Positions 45,637 through 55,398 of a stretch of DNA of 64,000 nucleotides are shown here, in pieces. The notes beneath the pieces are model-generated. The model ran no database searches. It was not told where the DNA came from and saw only the letters and a list, made by a program, of their open reading frames with translations. Position 1 is the stretch's first letter. The number at the start of each line of letters is the position of its first letter. The position numbers and the translations under genes were made by a program. This DNA is from Candidatus Latescibacterota bacterium (GTDB lineage Bacteria > Latescibacterota > UBA2968 > UBA8231): the NCBI GenBank assembly GCA_965217585.1, contig OZ244561.1:992001-1056000 (forward strand), written 5' to 3'.

Positions 45637-47546
45637 CACGGCCGGTATCCTCCCCCCATTTCGCCCTGCCACAGCGCGACCGTAGCCCACAACAGCCGCA
45701 GCGCGACCTCCCCGCAAATCATCCCCAAGAAAAACGGCATAACCCGCCGATAGGTTTGTGCCCCACCGTAGCGCACCGCCAGCCACTTGCACAGCCAGCC
45801 GCACAACACCGACCCCCACACCAGCCAGCCAAACCCCGTGCCAAACACAAAGCCCATCGGATGCAAGGGCCAGCGGAGAAAGTGCTGGCGCATCAACGCC
45901 AAGAAATAGGTAAAACCCGCCCCGGCCGCGTGAAATCCCAAGCGCACCCAGTCCGTGCCCCCATCCACTATGCCCGCGTCTTTGAACAAGTAGTTGTAGT
46001 AACGGCCAATGCGCGCTTCAGACCGCGCGCCGCCCTGTTCCTGCAAGGCGAACAGCCCGTGCTCGTAGATCGTTTCCAGCGAAAACACATAGCCAGCCCC
46101 CAGCCCAACGCCCAACCCCAAAGCCATCCCCCAAATCAAGCGGCGCGGCGACACCCCGTGCATCTCGGCCAACTTCAGCCCCTCAAATTGCAGGGCGGGC
46201 CAGATCCCAATCATCGTAAAGCCAAACACCGCCAAAAAGCCAAAGCCCATGTAGGTCGCATCGGCAAAATGCCCGGCCCCGGTCCCCAACGCCACGAAGA
46301 ACAGGTAGCCCACAATCTGCGGCATTCCCACAATGGGCAGGCCCCCGTCGATCCGCAGCCGCGCAAACGTCAACGCCAACAGCAACACCAGCAATAACGC
46401 CGCGATGCCCATCAGCGGCGGCACTCCCAAAGCCGTAGTCCACGCCCACAGCACCAGCAGCCCGACCACCAGCCCCCACGTCGCCCGGCTGCGCCAAGAG
46501 AGCGCCGCCGCCAGAGCGCGCCGCGCCGACCACAGGCTGAACAGCCCCAAAAACAACAAGCCGCCGCGCGCCTGCGTCATAAAAAAAGGAAAGTGACTCG
46601 GCCAATCTAGCCACGGCGACCCATGCCCGGGGATGAAGTCGCCGCGATATTCGAGGCGTCCGAGAAAATGGGCCAACAACAATTGCACGCGGGTGAGCAG
46701 ATAGAAAAACCACGTGCTGAACGACACTTCCACCGGCGCGAGAAAAGCCGCGCCCACCAACAAAGGGACAAAGTCGAAGTAGAACGGCGACTCAAAGGGT
46801 GCCATGGCTTTCCACGGATCGTCGAGCAGGAAATGAGCCATATCCAAACCCGTGACGATCTCCGGCACTTTCGGTGCGTAGTGGTGCAACCCATTGATCC
46901 CCAACAACGCGCCCGGCACCAACGCGCCCCACCAAAACAGCCGCTGTCCGAACAGATCTCCGGCAATGAGGGCGCGGGGTACTTCCAGCAATGGGAACCC
47001 CAACCGCTCGGTCTCCAGCCAGCGTTGCCGCAGCAGCCACACCAAGCAAAAGCAGGTCAGAAAAAACGCGCCGAAAAACGCAGTCCACATCGCCAACGGC
47101 CACAGCCACGCCCCCCAAGGCACGGCTGCCCCACCTTCAAACGCCCCGATGGCCGGTGCCTCATTCGGACCACCCGGAACCAGCCAGTCCGGGACGACTT
47201 GCAGGAAGCGATAATAGGGGCCGGTCGGCTGGGCAAAACCCCCGTAAAAACCCGTCACCAAGCCCGGCAGAAAGCGGTGCATTAGGCCGGAAGCGGTCGC
47301 CGACACCCCAATTACCAGCGCGGCGTAAAGTACTGCCCGATCCCCGGGGCCGAGCAAGCGACGCACTAAGGTAACGGCCGCCAAAGCCCCTAAGGGCACG
47401 GCGAGAAAGACCTGAGCCCCTGGCATACTCCCGGCCCCGGCCAAATGCGGTCCGTTGTACAGCAATTCGACGCGCTGGAGCAACCACCCACTCGCGACCG
47501 TGATACCGGTGATGAGCAATGCCAAGCGCAACGCGGCCATGCTCAC
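45636..47546 (-). CDS. DUF6785/DUF6784-type polytopic membrane protein
   Basis: W...ERLGFPL, WPLHPMGF, K...RYGG...YRR..PFFLGMI motifs. Confidence 0.75.
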   Translation of the reverse strand: MSMAALRLALLITGITVASGWLLQRVELLYNGPHLAGAGSMPGAQVFLAVPLGALAAVTLVRRLLGPGDRAVLYAALVIGVSATASGLMHRFLPGLVTGFYGGFAQPTGPYYRFLQVVPDWLVPGGPNEAPAIGAFEGGAAVPWGAWLWPLAMWTAFFGAFFLTCFCLVWLLRQRWLETERLGFPLLEVPRALIAGDLFGQRLFWWGALVPGALLGINGLHHYAPKVPEIVTGLDMAHFLLDDPWKAMAPFESPFYFDFVPLLVGAAFLAPVEVSFSTWFFYLLTRVQLLLAHFLGRLEYRGDFIPGHGSPWLDWPSHFPFFMTQARGGLLFLGLFSLWSARRALAAALSWRSRATWGLVVGLLVLWAWTTALGVPPLMGIAALLLVLLLALTFARLRIDGGLPIVGMPQIVGYLFFVALGTGAGHFADATYMGFGFLAVFGFTMIGIWPALQFEGLKLAEMHGVSPRRLIWGMALGLGVGLGAGYVFSLETIYEHGLFALQEQGGARSEARIGRYYNYLFKDAGIVDGGTDWVRLGFHAAGAGFTYFLALMRQHFLRWPLHPMGFVFGTGFGWLVWGSVLCGWLCKWLAVRYGGAQTYRRVMPFFLGMICGEVALRLLWATVALWQGEMGGGYRP

Positions 47547-50500
47547 GCCCGCTCCCACTGCGGCAACTGCTCGGCGTAGTAGCGGCGACTATCCGCTTCC
47601 AAGGTCCGCCAGATCAAGAACTGCTTGCGCACATCGTCCAAAAAGGTGCGCACCACCCGCTGCCACGTCGCCAGATCGCCAGCTACCAACGCCAAGTCAA
47701 CGTGGATGTCGCAATAGTGCGGATCCGTCCCCGGCCCTATCTCCATCACGGTCTTTTGCACCACACCTTGGTCAAACGGCGCTAACCACACCTGAGCCGC
47801 TACGCGCACCTTCTCCCCCACCTGCTCCACCTGCAGGGCTTCGACGTAAAATCCCGCGCCGATCGACTGTTCCTGATTCGCCGCCCACGATTCCGCTTGG
47901 AACGCCGCCATACCGAGGGCTTCGCGCCGCGCCAGCGAGAAGGGCAGTTGGACGTGCAAGTGCTCGCCCACGACGACCGGCAGCTTCCACCGCCGTTCAA
48001 TCCCCGGCGTACAGATCCGCCCGGCCATGCGCGCCGGATAGAGCGCCGACGCCACCACCAACAGTGCGATCGCGCCAACGGTGAGCACCGCCCCTAGCGA
48101 CGAATAATTCAGTTCCAAGCCGGGCAAAAATCCCCCTTGGTTCAAAAGCTGCGCCGCGCCTTGCCCTAGCAAATACCCTGCAACCGTGCCGACCACCCCT
48201 AAAGCCACTGCTTCCGCCATAAACAGCCCGCTAACGTGGCCGGGGGCTAAGCCGACCGCGTTAAAGGTGCCGATTTCCTGCGTCCGCTCGTACACGGCCC
48301 CGAGCATGGTGTTGAACACGATCAACCCAGCGATCAGCAGCGGCACGATCAGCGATCCCCATCCCGACACTGACGCCACCCCAACCGAATTGACGAGCAA
48401 GCGCTGCCCTCCGAGGCCGGCGAACAGGTTCAAATCCAACGTCTCCGCCAGCTCTATCAGCGCACTGCGAGTTGTCTCCGTGGTCCCATCCAACCGGATC
48501 CCCACCGACGCCAGCCGCACCCCTTCCCAGCGCATCAGCGCGGCAAACGGCAAGACCGGCGTCGCCGATGCGGGCAAATGGGCAAACGGCCGCAACTTCC
48601 CTCCCTGCTCGCGTCCTACTGCCGCTTCCGAGGGCTGTTGCGCCTCTGGATCCAACGGGGTCAGCGGCTCGCCATTCAGATCGAGCCGGTCCAGCGCGTC
48701 ATCTGCAAGCAACCCAACGACCCGAAACACTTCTCCAAAAACCCGCACTCGCTCCTGTCCCAAGCCCACGGCGCTGACCCCCAAAGAATCCGCCAACCCC
48801 ACCGGCAGCAGACAGGCGTCTTCTTCCCCGAGCCGCAGCCACCGCCCGGCCACCACCTCTGGCCCGAGCAAATCCTCCTCTTGCGCCACCAACCCAACAA
48901 ACCCCCAGACCCCAACCGCTCGCCCCTCCTCGTCATCTCGCTCGACTCGATAGGACGACACCAGCGATTTTACCGACAGCCACGCCCGCGGCGCAACCTG
49001 CTCGTCGCCAAACCAATCGCGCAACAGGTCGTAGCCTTCCATCTCCATAGCCTGCCAGCCCGGCATCCGCACCAACGCCCCCTCGTATGCCGCGTCCGCG
49101 CCAATCGCAATCCAATTCGTGTGTAGCGCAGCGCGGATCGACGTGAAGGACAGCACGGAAAAGGTCAACAGCACCAGCGTCGCGCAGGTCAGCCCCGTGC
49201 GCCACGGCCGCCGCCGCAAATGCGCCAACCCCACGGCGACCGACGTCAGCACCGCGCCCGACCGCTGCACCGCGATCTGACCGCGCCTAGCGCCCAACGC
49301 CTGCAACTCCCGATTTAACCGCGACATCCCCAACGCCGTGACCAAAATCCCCAGTGCCAAGATGACAAAGCCAAGCAGAATGATCGCCGGCGAGATCGAC
49401 AACTCAAAGGCCGGATGCACATAGCGCAGGGCGACAAAGCCAATGAGAAAGAGCGCGAAATACCCCAATACCTGCCGCCGCAAATCGGCAAACCCAAACG
49501 CCAACCGCTCGGCAAAGTGGGCAAAGGGAATCAGCACGGCCAACAAAAAGAGCGCACCCTGCACCACCCCAGCTTGCGTTCGCTCCACGTCCCGATAGGC
49601 CGCCGCAGCCAGTGCCCAAGCGCGCCGCGCCCGATCGACAAAGTCTCGGTGCCGGTGCTCGGCGCGCGCCGCTGCTGCTTCTGCCAACAACCCGGCCGAC
49701 CGCTCGTGAAAGGCCGTCAGCCGCTCATTGCGCACACCGTGTCGCTCCAGCCGGTCAATCCGCTCGCCATTGAGCATGTGCATATCGGCAGCTACCCGAT
49801 ACACCGTCTCCACGATGCGCCCTCTCCCATTAACCTCATAGCCCACCCCGCCCGGAACATCCTCCGTCCCATTGAGCAACAGCAGGCGTCGCCCCAACCC
49901 ATAGCGGCCCGTCGCCATCACGGCCTTGAACCGCACCCCGGGCGGTGTAAAAATCACGCCGACCGGCTCCGTCCACGACCCCACCCGATTCTCATAGCTG
50001 AATAGCTCCATTTCCGGAGCCGTCAGCGGCAGGCAGGCCCCGTACACCACCGGCTCGGCTTCCAGCGCCGCGTCAACGGCTTGCACGCGCTCCAAGGTCA
50101 ACAAATTGCGCGGATCAAAAATCCCAAATAGCGTCGTCCCCCGCAGCGGTGCAGTGACTATTTGCACCTCGTCCTCGGCGGCATCCATCTGCACCGTCAG
50201 CGCACGCCCCGGCAACTTGCGCTCCCCATTGATCCCCCAGTCCGGCGCATCCGTCACCGCCCCGGTCTCCGCATCGAGCCGATACGCCTCCAACCGCACC
50301 GGCTTCGTGTAGATGATACCCGACTCAACCCCGGGAATGGCAAACCGCCCCGAATCATCCGCCGCCGCCCAAAAATCCGGCCGCACCCCAGCCAACGTCG
50401 GCTGGCGCAACCGCACCCGCACCAACGCCCCAGCCGTCGGCTGATCCGGCAGATAGCTACGCGGCCCGTAGTGGACCACCTCCCCGCGAATGGTGCCAAA

Positions 50501-51973
50501 CGCATCGTTGCCCCAAACCCACGGCTCCAAGTCCGGGTCGTCAATGAGCGCGGGCAGCACGGCCCGCAGCAGCGCAACTTGACCGGCCAACCAGTCAAAG
50601 CGCACCGCAGCGGGGTCATCATCGGGCGAGTCAAAGCGGGCGCGGTTGTCGTTGACCGTGCAAAAGGCCAACGCCGGGCATCCGGCGAGGGCCGCTACTG
50701 CCGCATCCAACGGCACTGTCAGCCCCATCCCCCCCAAACCCTGGCGGGCAAAGTCCTGCTTCAGGCCATTGACCAGCACCTGCTCGCCCCCCAACGCAGA
50801 ATCCTCGTACGCCGTTACCAGCTTTAGCAACCGATCGGTGATGGGCGGCGCGAGCAATGAGACGCGATACGGAGCTCGCGGCTTGAACGCTCCGAGCCGC
50901 GGGCTGTGCGACGACAGATCCAAGCCCACCAAAAAGCGCGTCTCCAGCGCGCTAAGTCGTCGCAAAAGCGCGGTCTCCTCCACCCCGCCCTCCCGCTGAC
51001 CTGCAGCCGCCAGCAGCAACGGCGCGAAATGGCGCATCCCCGCCATGTTCTGGAAGTGGCCAGCCGTCCACAGCAACGCGACCGTGCGCTTGGGCGGCCG
51101 CGCGGCAAATCCCCGGGCCAATTCCAACAGCGCCGCCGCACTCACCGCTTGCTCGGCCCCCGGCGCTAACGCTGGCACCGGCGACATGGCATCGTAATGC
51201 GCGGCGAGGAAGACGACCTCCTCCCCCAGTGTCGCATCTTGCCCGGGGATCACGGCGATCAGGTTCTCCTCGGTCACCTCCCGCCACGCCATCCGCCCCC
51301 GCAAGCGCACCTGCGCCCGCGACTTTTCCAGCACCCGCAAACGTTCCGCCACGTCTTTGCGTGCATAGAGCCGAGGCAAGTCTGCTGGCACGTCGAGGAA
51401 TTTCTGCTCGGCCTCCTTGCGATGGGTACCTGCCGATTCCAAGAACACCACGGCCGCGGCCCCCAAGTGAAACGCATCCACCCAAGCTGTGCCCGAGGCA
51501 TAGTCGAGCAGGACGATCCGCCCGGCCACCGGCTGCCCTTCGAGTCGGCTGCCATCCCCGCCGTACACCAACTGACCCTCAATCCCCTCGACCGGCAGGG
51601 TCGGCGTCCGCACCAAATTGGGCCAGACACCAAACAATTCGAGCCGCTCCCCTGCGCATTCGACCCAGAACCCCTCGTCAATCGGCACCAACACCGGGAA
51701 CTCGTGCCGGTAGATCTCTGCTATCCCTAAGCTCTCTAGCTCGGCGACCAGCCACTCGCGGGCCGCCGTGGCCCCCGGATAGCCCGTCATCCGCGAGGCG
51801 GGGGCGGACAACACCTCCACCGTGCGGCGCAGACGTGCTTCCTCCACGCCGGCGGCCAGTACCGGAACGAACAGCACCGCCAACAACAGAAAAGGGAAAG
51901 CCCCCGGGCACAACACCCGGAGGCTTACTCGGCTAGCGCAGTGCCTTTTTCTATATGACGTAGCCAATTCCAT
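47543..51973 (-). CDS. Large M28-peptidase-like / FtsX-like permease fusion protein
   Basis: SRMTGYPG, NLIAVIPG, AAHYDA, LDLSS in the N-terminal part. VYERTQEIGTFNAVGLAP FtsX motif in the C-terminal part. True start uncertain. Confidence 0.78.
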   Translation of the reverse strand: MELATSYRKRHCASRVSLRVLCPGAFPFLLLAVLFVPVLAAGVEEARLRRTVEVLSAPASRMTGYPGATAAREWLVAELESLGIAEIYRHEFPVLVPIDEGFWVECAGERLELFGVWPNLVRTPTLPVEGIEGQLVYGGDGSRLEGQPVAGRIVLLDYASGTAWVDAFHLGAAAVVFLESAGTHRKEAEQKFLDVPADLPRLYARKDVAERLRVLEKSRAQVRLRGRMAWREVTEENLIAVIPGQDATLGEEVVFLAAHYDAMSPVPALAPGAEQAVSAAALLELARGFAARPPKRTVALLWTAGHFQNMAGMRHFAPLLLAAAGQREGGVEETALLRRLSALETRFLVGLDLSSHSPRLGAFKPRAPYRVSLLAPPITDRLLKLVTAYEDSALGGEQVLVNGLKQDFARQGLGGMGLTVPLDAAVAALAGCPALAFCTVNDNRARFDSPDDDPAAVRFDWLAGQVALLRAVLPALIDDPDLEPWVWGNDAFGTIRGEVVHYGPRSYLPDQPTAGALVRVRLRQPTLAGVRPDFWAAADDSGRFAIPGVESGIIYTKPVRLEAYRLDAETGAVTDAPDWGINGERKLPGRALTVQMDAAEDEVQIVTAPLRGTTLFGIFDPRNLLTLERVQAVDAALEAEPVVYGACLPLTAPEMELFSYENRVGSWTEPVGVIFTPPGVRFKAVMATGRYGLGRRLLLLNGTEDVPGGVGYEVNGRGRIVETVYRVAADMHMLNGERIDRLERHGVRNERLTAFHERSAGLLAEAAAARAEHRHRDFVDRARRAWALAAAAYRDVERTQAGVVQGALFLLAVLIPFAHFAERLAFGFADLRRQVLGYFALFLIGFVALRYVHPAFELSISPAIILLGFVILALGILVTALGMSRLNRELQALGARRGQIAVQRSGAVLTSVAVGLAHLRRRPWRTGLTCATLVLLTFSVLSFTSIRAALHTNWIAIGADAAYEGALVRMPGWQAMEMEGYDLLRDWFGDEQVAPRAWLSVKSLVSSYRVERDDEEGRAVGVWGFVGLVAQEEDLLGPEVVAGRWLRLGEEDACLLPVGLADSLGVSAVGLGQERVRVFGEVFRVVGLLADDALDRLDLNGEPLTPLDPEAQQPSEAAVGREQGGKLRPFAHLPASATPVLPFAALMRWEGVRLASVGIRLDGTTETTRSALIELAETLDLNLFAGLGGQRLLVNSVGVASVSGWGSLIVPLLIAGLIVFNTMLGAVYERTQEIGTFNAVGLAPGHVSGLFMAEAVALGVVGTVAGYLLGQGAAQLLNQGGFLPGLELNYSSLGAVLTVGAIALLVVASALYPARMAGRICTPGIERRWKLPVVVGEHLHVQLPFSLARREALGMAAFQAESWAANQEQSIGAGFYVEALQVEQVGEKVRVAAQVWLAPFDQGVVQKTVMEIGPGTDPHYCDIHVDLALVAGDLATWQRVVRTFLDDVRKQFLIWRTLEADSRRYYAEQLPQWERA

Positions 51974-51986
51974 TCCTTAAAGCTAA

Positions 51987-52136
51987 TCAGGCACCTAATA
52001 GACGATGCTCTTCAGCCTTTGCGCCATCTCGCAGCCAGTCAATAGGCTTTTCGTCACCCTGTGTCGGATTGACCCACACAATTTTCTTTAATTCCCCCAC
52101 ATTGTTTGACGCAGTTCTCAATACGCTACGTACTCT
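51987..52136 (-). pseudogene. C-terminal remnant of a partner gene of the AAA ATPase
   Basis: Frame RVRSVLRTASNNVGELKKIVWVNPTQGDEKPIDWLRDGAKAEEHRLLGA*, with no in-frame ATG. Confidence 0.45.
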
Positions 52137-53449
52137 TTCATCCCTTCCACCGCATCGAGATACGCACCTTCAGCTTTCAACTCGACATCGCCAAAATCCT
52201 CTGGCCAATCGCCAAAAGCACCATTTTCATCCAGATCAGCACTTTGAATTGCCGTCGTTCCGTCTTCGGGGTTGCGCGAGAACCAGTGTAGCCTCACCAA
52301 ATCAGGCTCTAGGTCCCCCTTCGCCATCAAGGTCTGGATCATAAGTAACAACAACGAGCTATGGGTCTCCACGACTAATCTCACGCCACGCTTTGCGGCA
52401 TCCGCCAAAATTTTTGCCAACTCATACTGCGCTCTCGGGTGCAAATGCAGTTCCGGCTGTTCGAGATATAAGAGTTGCCCTGACTCGGCAACCAAAAGCG
52501 CGACGAGCACGGGCAACACTTGCGAGACGCCAAAGCCAACATCGGCGATATTTACGAGGTCTGCTCCGTTTGGCTCTGCTTCTGGTAGCCGCCCAACCTG
52601 CAACTCAATTTGCGTATTATTAACGCCTTTGACAGAAATTTCCCGAGTTAGGCCAAGAGCTGAAAGTATCGCTTCAAGGGCTTGTAGTCGGTCATCTTCT
52701 TTTTGTTGCCACTGTTCGATAATAGTAGCGACGTAATTTTCAAATATGCCTGGGAAATGAGGGCCTGTGGCCGTCCTAGGATAAACGCGTTCGGGGTTGC
52801 CGCGCAGCCCGGGGATATGGATCATGCTGTGCAGATTTTTACTATAAGGTTCAGAAAAACCTCCTGTCTCAGAAACCTCATAATATATTCCGACAACATG
52901 TCTTCCCTCAAAATTGACGTCGAGAAAACATCGGTTTTTAACAACAGATAGCGAAGGCTTAATTTGTTTAGGCCATCTTATTTTTTCCAACCGAGATGTT
53001 AGGATAGCGTTCTCTAAATCATCATTTTTTTGATTCGGCGTTAAGCAAAGGGAATGTTTGTCCTCTCCAATGACCATTTTTTCAATTTCAAGCGTCTGAT
53101 TCTTTGAGAGAGAAAATACAACTTTAAGCGTCCTACCTTTCGCGTGTTCTATTCCGATGCTGAATGCCTGGCCATCAGAATTTTTCTGCAACCGCGAAAT
53201 GAATTGGTTGGCGGACGTAAATTTCGCATTGGGGCCATTCAACAAGAGCGGCCCGGGATCGTAACTCGCTTCAAGGGTCTGCTTCATCAGCAACAGGGGC
53301 TGCATTATACTCGACTTGCCAGAACTGTTCGCACCTGCCAAGATCGTCAGTGGACGAACTTCAATCCGGCTCTCTGCTGCAATCGACTTGAAGCCCTGCA
53401 CCGAAATTGCAGTAATACCTTCATTCTGATCTTTTTTTGGATCATCCAT
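52118..53449 (-). CDS. AAA_21-type ATPase (DUF3696-associated, OLD/ABC-like)
   Basis: GFKSI, GANSSGKSS Walker A, GFGVSQVLP, LEQPELHLHP, VETHS, GDWPEDF. Confidence 0.88.
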   Translation of the reverse strand: MDDPKKDQNEGITAISVQGFKSIAAESRIEVRPLTILAGANSSGKSSIMQPLLLMKQTLEASYDPGPLLLNGPNAKFTSANQFISRLQKNSDGQAFSIGIEHAKGRTLKVVFSLSKNQTLEIEKMVIGEDKHSLCLTPNQKNDDLENAILTSRLEKIRWPKQIKPSLSVVKNRCFLDVNFEGRHVVGIYYEVSETGGFSEPYSKNLHSMIHIPGLRGNPERVYPRTATGPHFPGIFENYVATIIEQWQQKEDDRLQALEAILSALGLTREISVKGVNNTQIELQVGRLPEAEPNGADLVNIADVGFGVSQVLPVLVALLVAESGQLLYLEQPELHLHPRAQYELAKILADAAKRGVRLVVETHSSLLLLMIQTLMAKGDLEPDLVRLHWFSRNPEDGTTAIQSADLDENGAFGDWPEDFGDVELKAEGAYLDAVEGMKEYVAY

Positions 53450-53494
53450 AATGTTCGCTCCAATGGACTGCCGACCATCCGTGGTGCTCCACGC

Positions 53495-53725
53495 TCATAG
53501 GGTGGCCAGTGCAACTTCTCGTTCTTCAACTCGCCACGCTGCATAGGCCAGAGCCTGATCTATATCTTCCGGTTCAAGGTAAGGGTACGCTTTCAGAATC
53601 TCTTCGGGCGACCGGCCGGCTGCCAAAAGCCCCACGACGGTTCCAACCGTCACCCGTAGCCCGCGAATACATGCCTTGCCGCCCATGACCGCGGGGTCGA
53701 GAGTAATCCGTGGCAATTTTTTCAT
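53495..53725 (-). CDS. DUF433 family protein
   Basis: RITLDPAVMGGKACIRGLRVTV...YPYLEPEDIDQALAYAA. Confidence 0.92.
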   Translation of the reverse strand: MKKLPRITLDPAVMGGKACIRGLRVTVGTVVGLLAAGRSPEEILKAYPYLEPEDIDQALAYAAWRVEEREVALATL

Positions 53726-53854
53726 TTTCTAGTTTCCTCCATAAGGTACCCACTAATAAATCTAACTGGGTCTGCACGGCAACCTATCTATAGGTTCCTC
53801 CTGTGGCGCATCGCCGCCGCTGTATCCCAAATGAAATAGCAGTACCAAACGCCC

Positions 53855-55291
53855 TCACCCCCAGAGCTTAGGCAACTGCCCCCGCAGCGTGACAAACGTG
53901 AAATAGCCAAAGAAGGCGCAGGCCCAAATCAAGGCCACAAAGCGCACCGGGTGCATGGCCAGCGCCCCTTTGAGCACGCGGTTGTTTTGCCACAAGAGCA
54001 ATACCGAATACAGCAGCATAACCCCCGCGTTGAGCGAGGCGCTCAAGACCAGCAACTGCACCGGCTTGTTGTAGTCCGAAAGCATAATCAGTATGCCGAA
54101 GAGAATCTGTGCCCACAGCAGGAGGAAGTAGAGCCGGTTCCGCGTCCACTTGGCGTGTGAGCGCAGCCAGTTGGTCTTGACGATGTCGGTGGAAATGCGA
54201 GCGCAGGCGTCCAACAACCCCAGCTCGGTCGTCAGCAAAATGGCGATGCCCATCCAGTTGAAGAGGTGTTTGAAAAAGCTGCCGCGCTCCTGCGCGATAA
54301 AGTCGCCCTCGGTGCCGATAAACCCCAAGCCCTGCTCCAACCCAGGCGCCTGCCGCGTAGTGGCGTAGGCAATAAGCGACAGCAGCATCAGCGACAGGGC
54401 CGACAGCGCGTAGAAGGTGACCAAGTGTTCGCGATTGGCCGCCTGCCACCAGCCGCGCCAGCGCCGCATGTTCTCCGGCGTCTGCTCGAAGTGGTAGCCG
54501 ATCTCGTCCACGGCCTCTTCCCGCCCAGTCAGCGGGCTGGTCAATCGCCCCACGTACGCACCCATTGCATAGCCTTTGTCGCGGACGAAATCGCTCTGCG
54601 CCAAATTCATCGTCCCGCCAGCACCAGCAAAGGCCAAGGCTCCCAAAAAGAGCGGCAACTCCATCTCCTCTGGGATATGGCCGATATTGACGATGCCCTT
54701 ACACAAATCCCACACATGGCTAGGCTCTACTACCAAAAAGAAAATGACCAACAGCAAGACCAGCACCGCCGCGATCAGCACCGTCTGAATCCGCTCCACC
54801 GTGCGGTACACCACCGGCCCCAAACTCAGCGCCAACCCGACCAATAACAGGCTCGCGATCGAATAGCCGACCCGCACGCTCTCGTCGCCGCCAAACTCCC
54901 AAGTCAGGATGGTCGCCGCCCCAGACGCCCAGCCCGGCCACATCCACGGGACCACATTGCACAAGAGAAATACCCCAGCCCAGCCCGACCATAGGCGGCA
55001 AAAACCGGTCACCGCCGTCTCGCCGGTAGCCAAGGTCCAGCGCTCGATCTCCATGTTGATGAAATACTGGGTCAGCACCCCCACCATGCAGGCCCAGAAC
55101 ACCACGAAGCCGAACTTATAAGTTATGTAGGGCCAGAGCACGAACTCCCCACTGCCCAGCGAAAGCCCCAAGAGCAGAATGCTCGGCCCCACTAGCTTGC
55201 GCCAATGGGGCGGCTCGGGTAGATCGCGGTACTGCCCTGCCGGCAGCCGATCACAAGGTATCACCTCATGCGGCACGGGCTTAGTTGCCAT
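53855..55291 (-). CDS. Nramp-superfamily transporter
   Basis: GPSILLLGLSLGSGEFVLWP, ERWTLATGE, AFAGAGG, RDKGYAMG, about 11 TM helices. Confidence 0.8.
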   Translation of the reverse strand: MATKPVPHEVIPCDRLPAGQYRDLPEPPHWRKLVGPSILLLGLSLGSGEFVLWPYITYKFGFVVFWACMVGVLTQYFINMEIERWTLATGETAVTGFCRLWSGWAGVFLLCNVVPWMWPGWASGAATILTWEFGGDESVRVGYSIASLLLVGLALSLGPVVYRTVERIQTVLIAAVLVLLLVIFFLVVEPSHVWDLCKGIVNIGHIPEEMELPLFLGALAFAGAGGTMNLAQSDFVRDKGYAMGAYVGRLTSPLTGREEAVDEIGYHFEQTPENMRRWRGWWQAANREHLVTFYALSALSLMLLSLIAYATTRQAPGLEQGLGFIGTEGDFIAQERGSFFKHLFNWMGIAILLTTELGLLDACARISTDIVKTNWLRSHAKWTRNRLYFLLLWAQILFGILIMLSDYNKPVQLLVLSASLNAGVMLLYSVLLLWQNNRVLKGALAMHPVRFVALIWACAFFGYFTFVTLRGQLPKLWG

Positions 55292-55335
55292 AGGATCCCT
55301 CCCTCCAAATAATTAGCGGATGCTGCCGCTACGTG

Positions 55336-55374
55336 AAAAAAGCCCCCAAGGCCCAGAGGCCCCGGAGGCTTTTT
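55336..55374 (-). terminator. Rho-independent terminator after the PorV-like gene
   Basis: AAAAAGCCTCCGGGGCC...GGCCTTGGGGGCTTTTTT on the minus strand. Confidence 0.75.
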
Positions 55375-55398
55375 GTCTTAGCGAATCGCAACGCAGCC

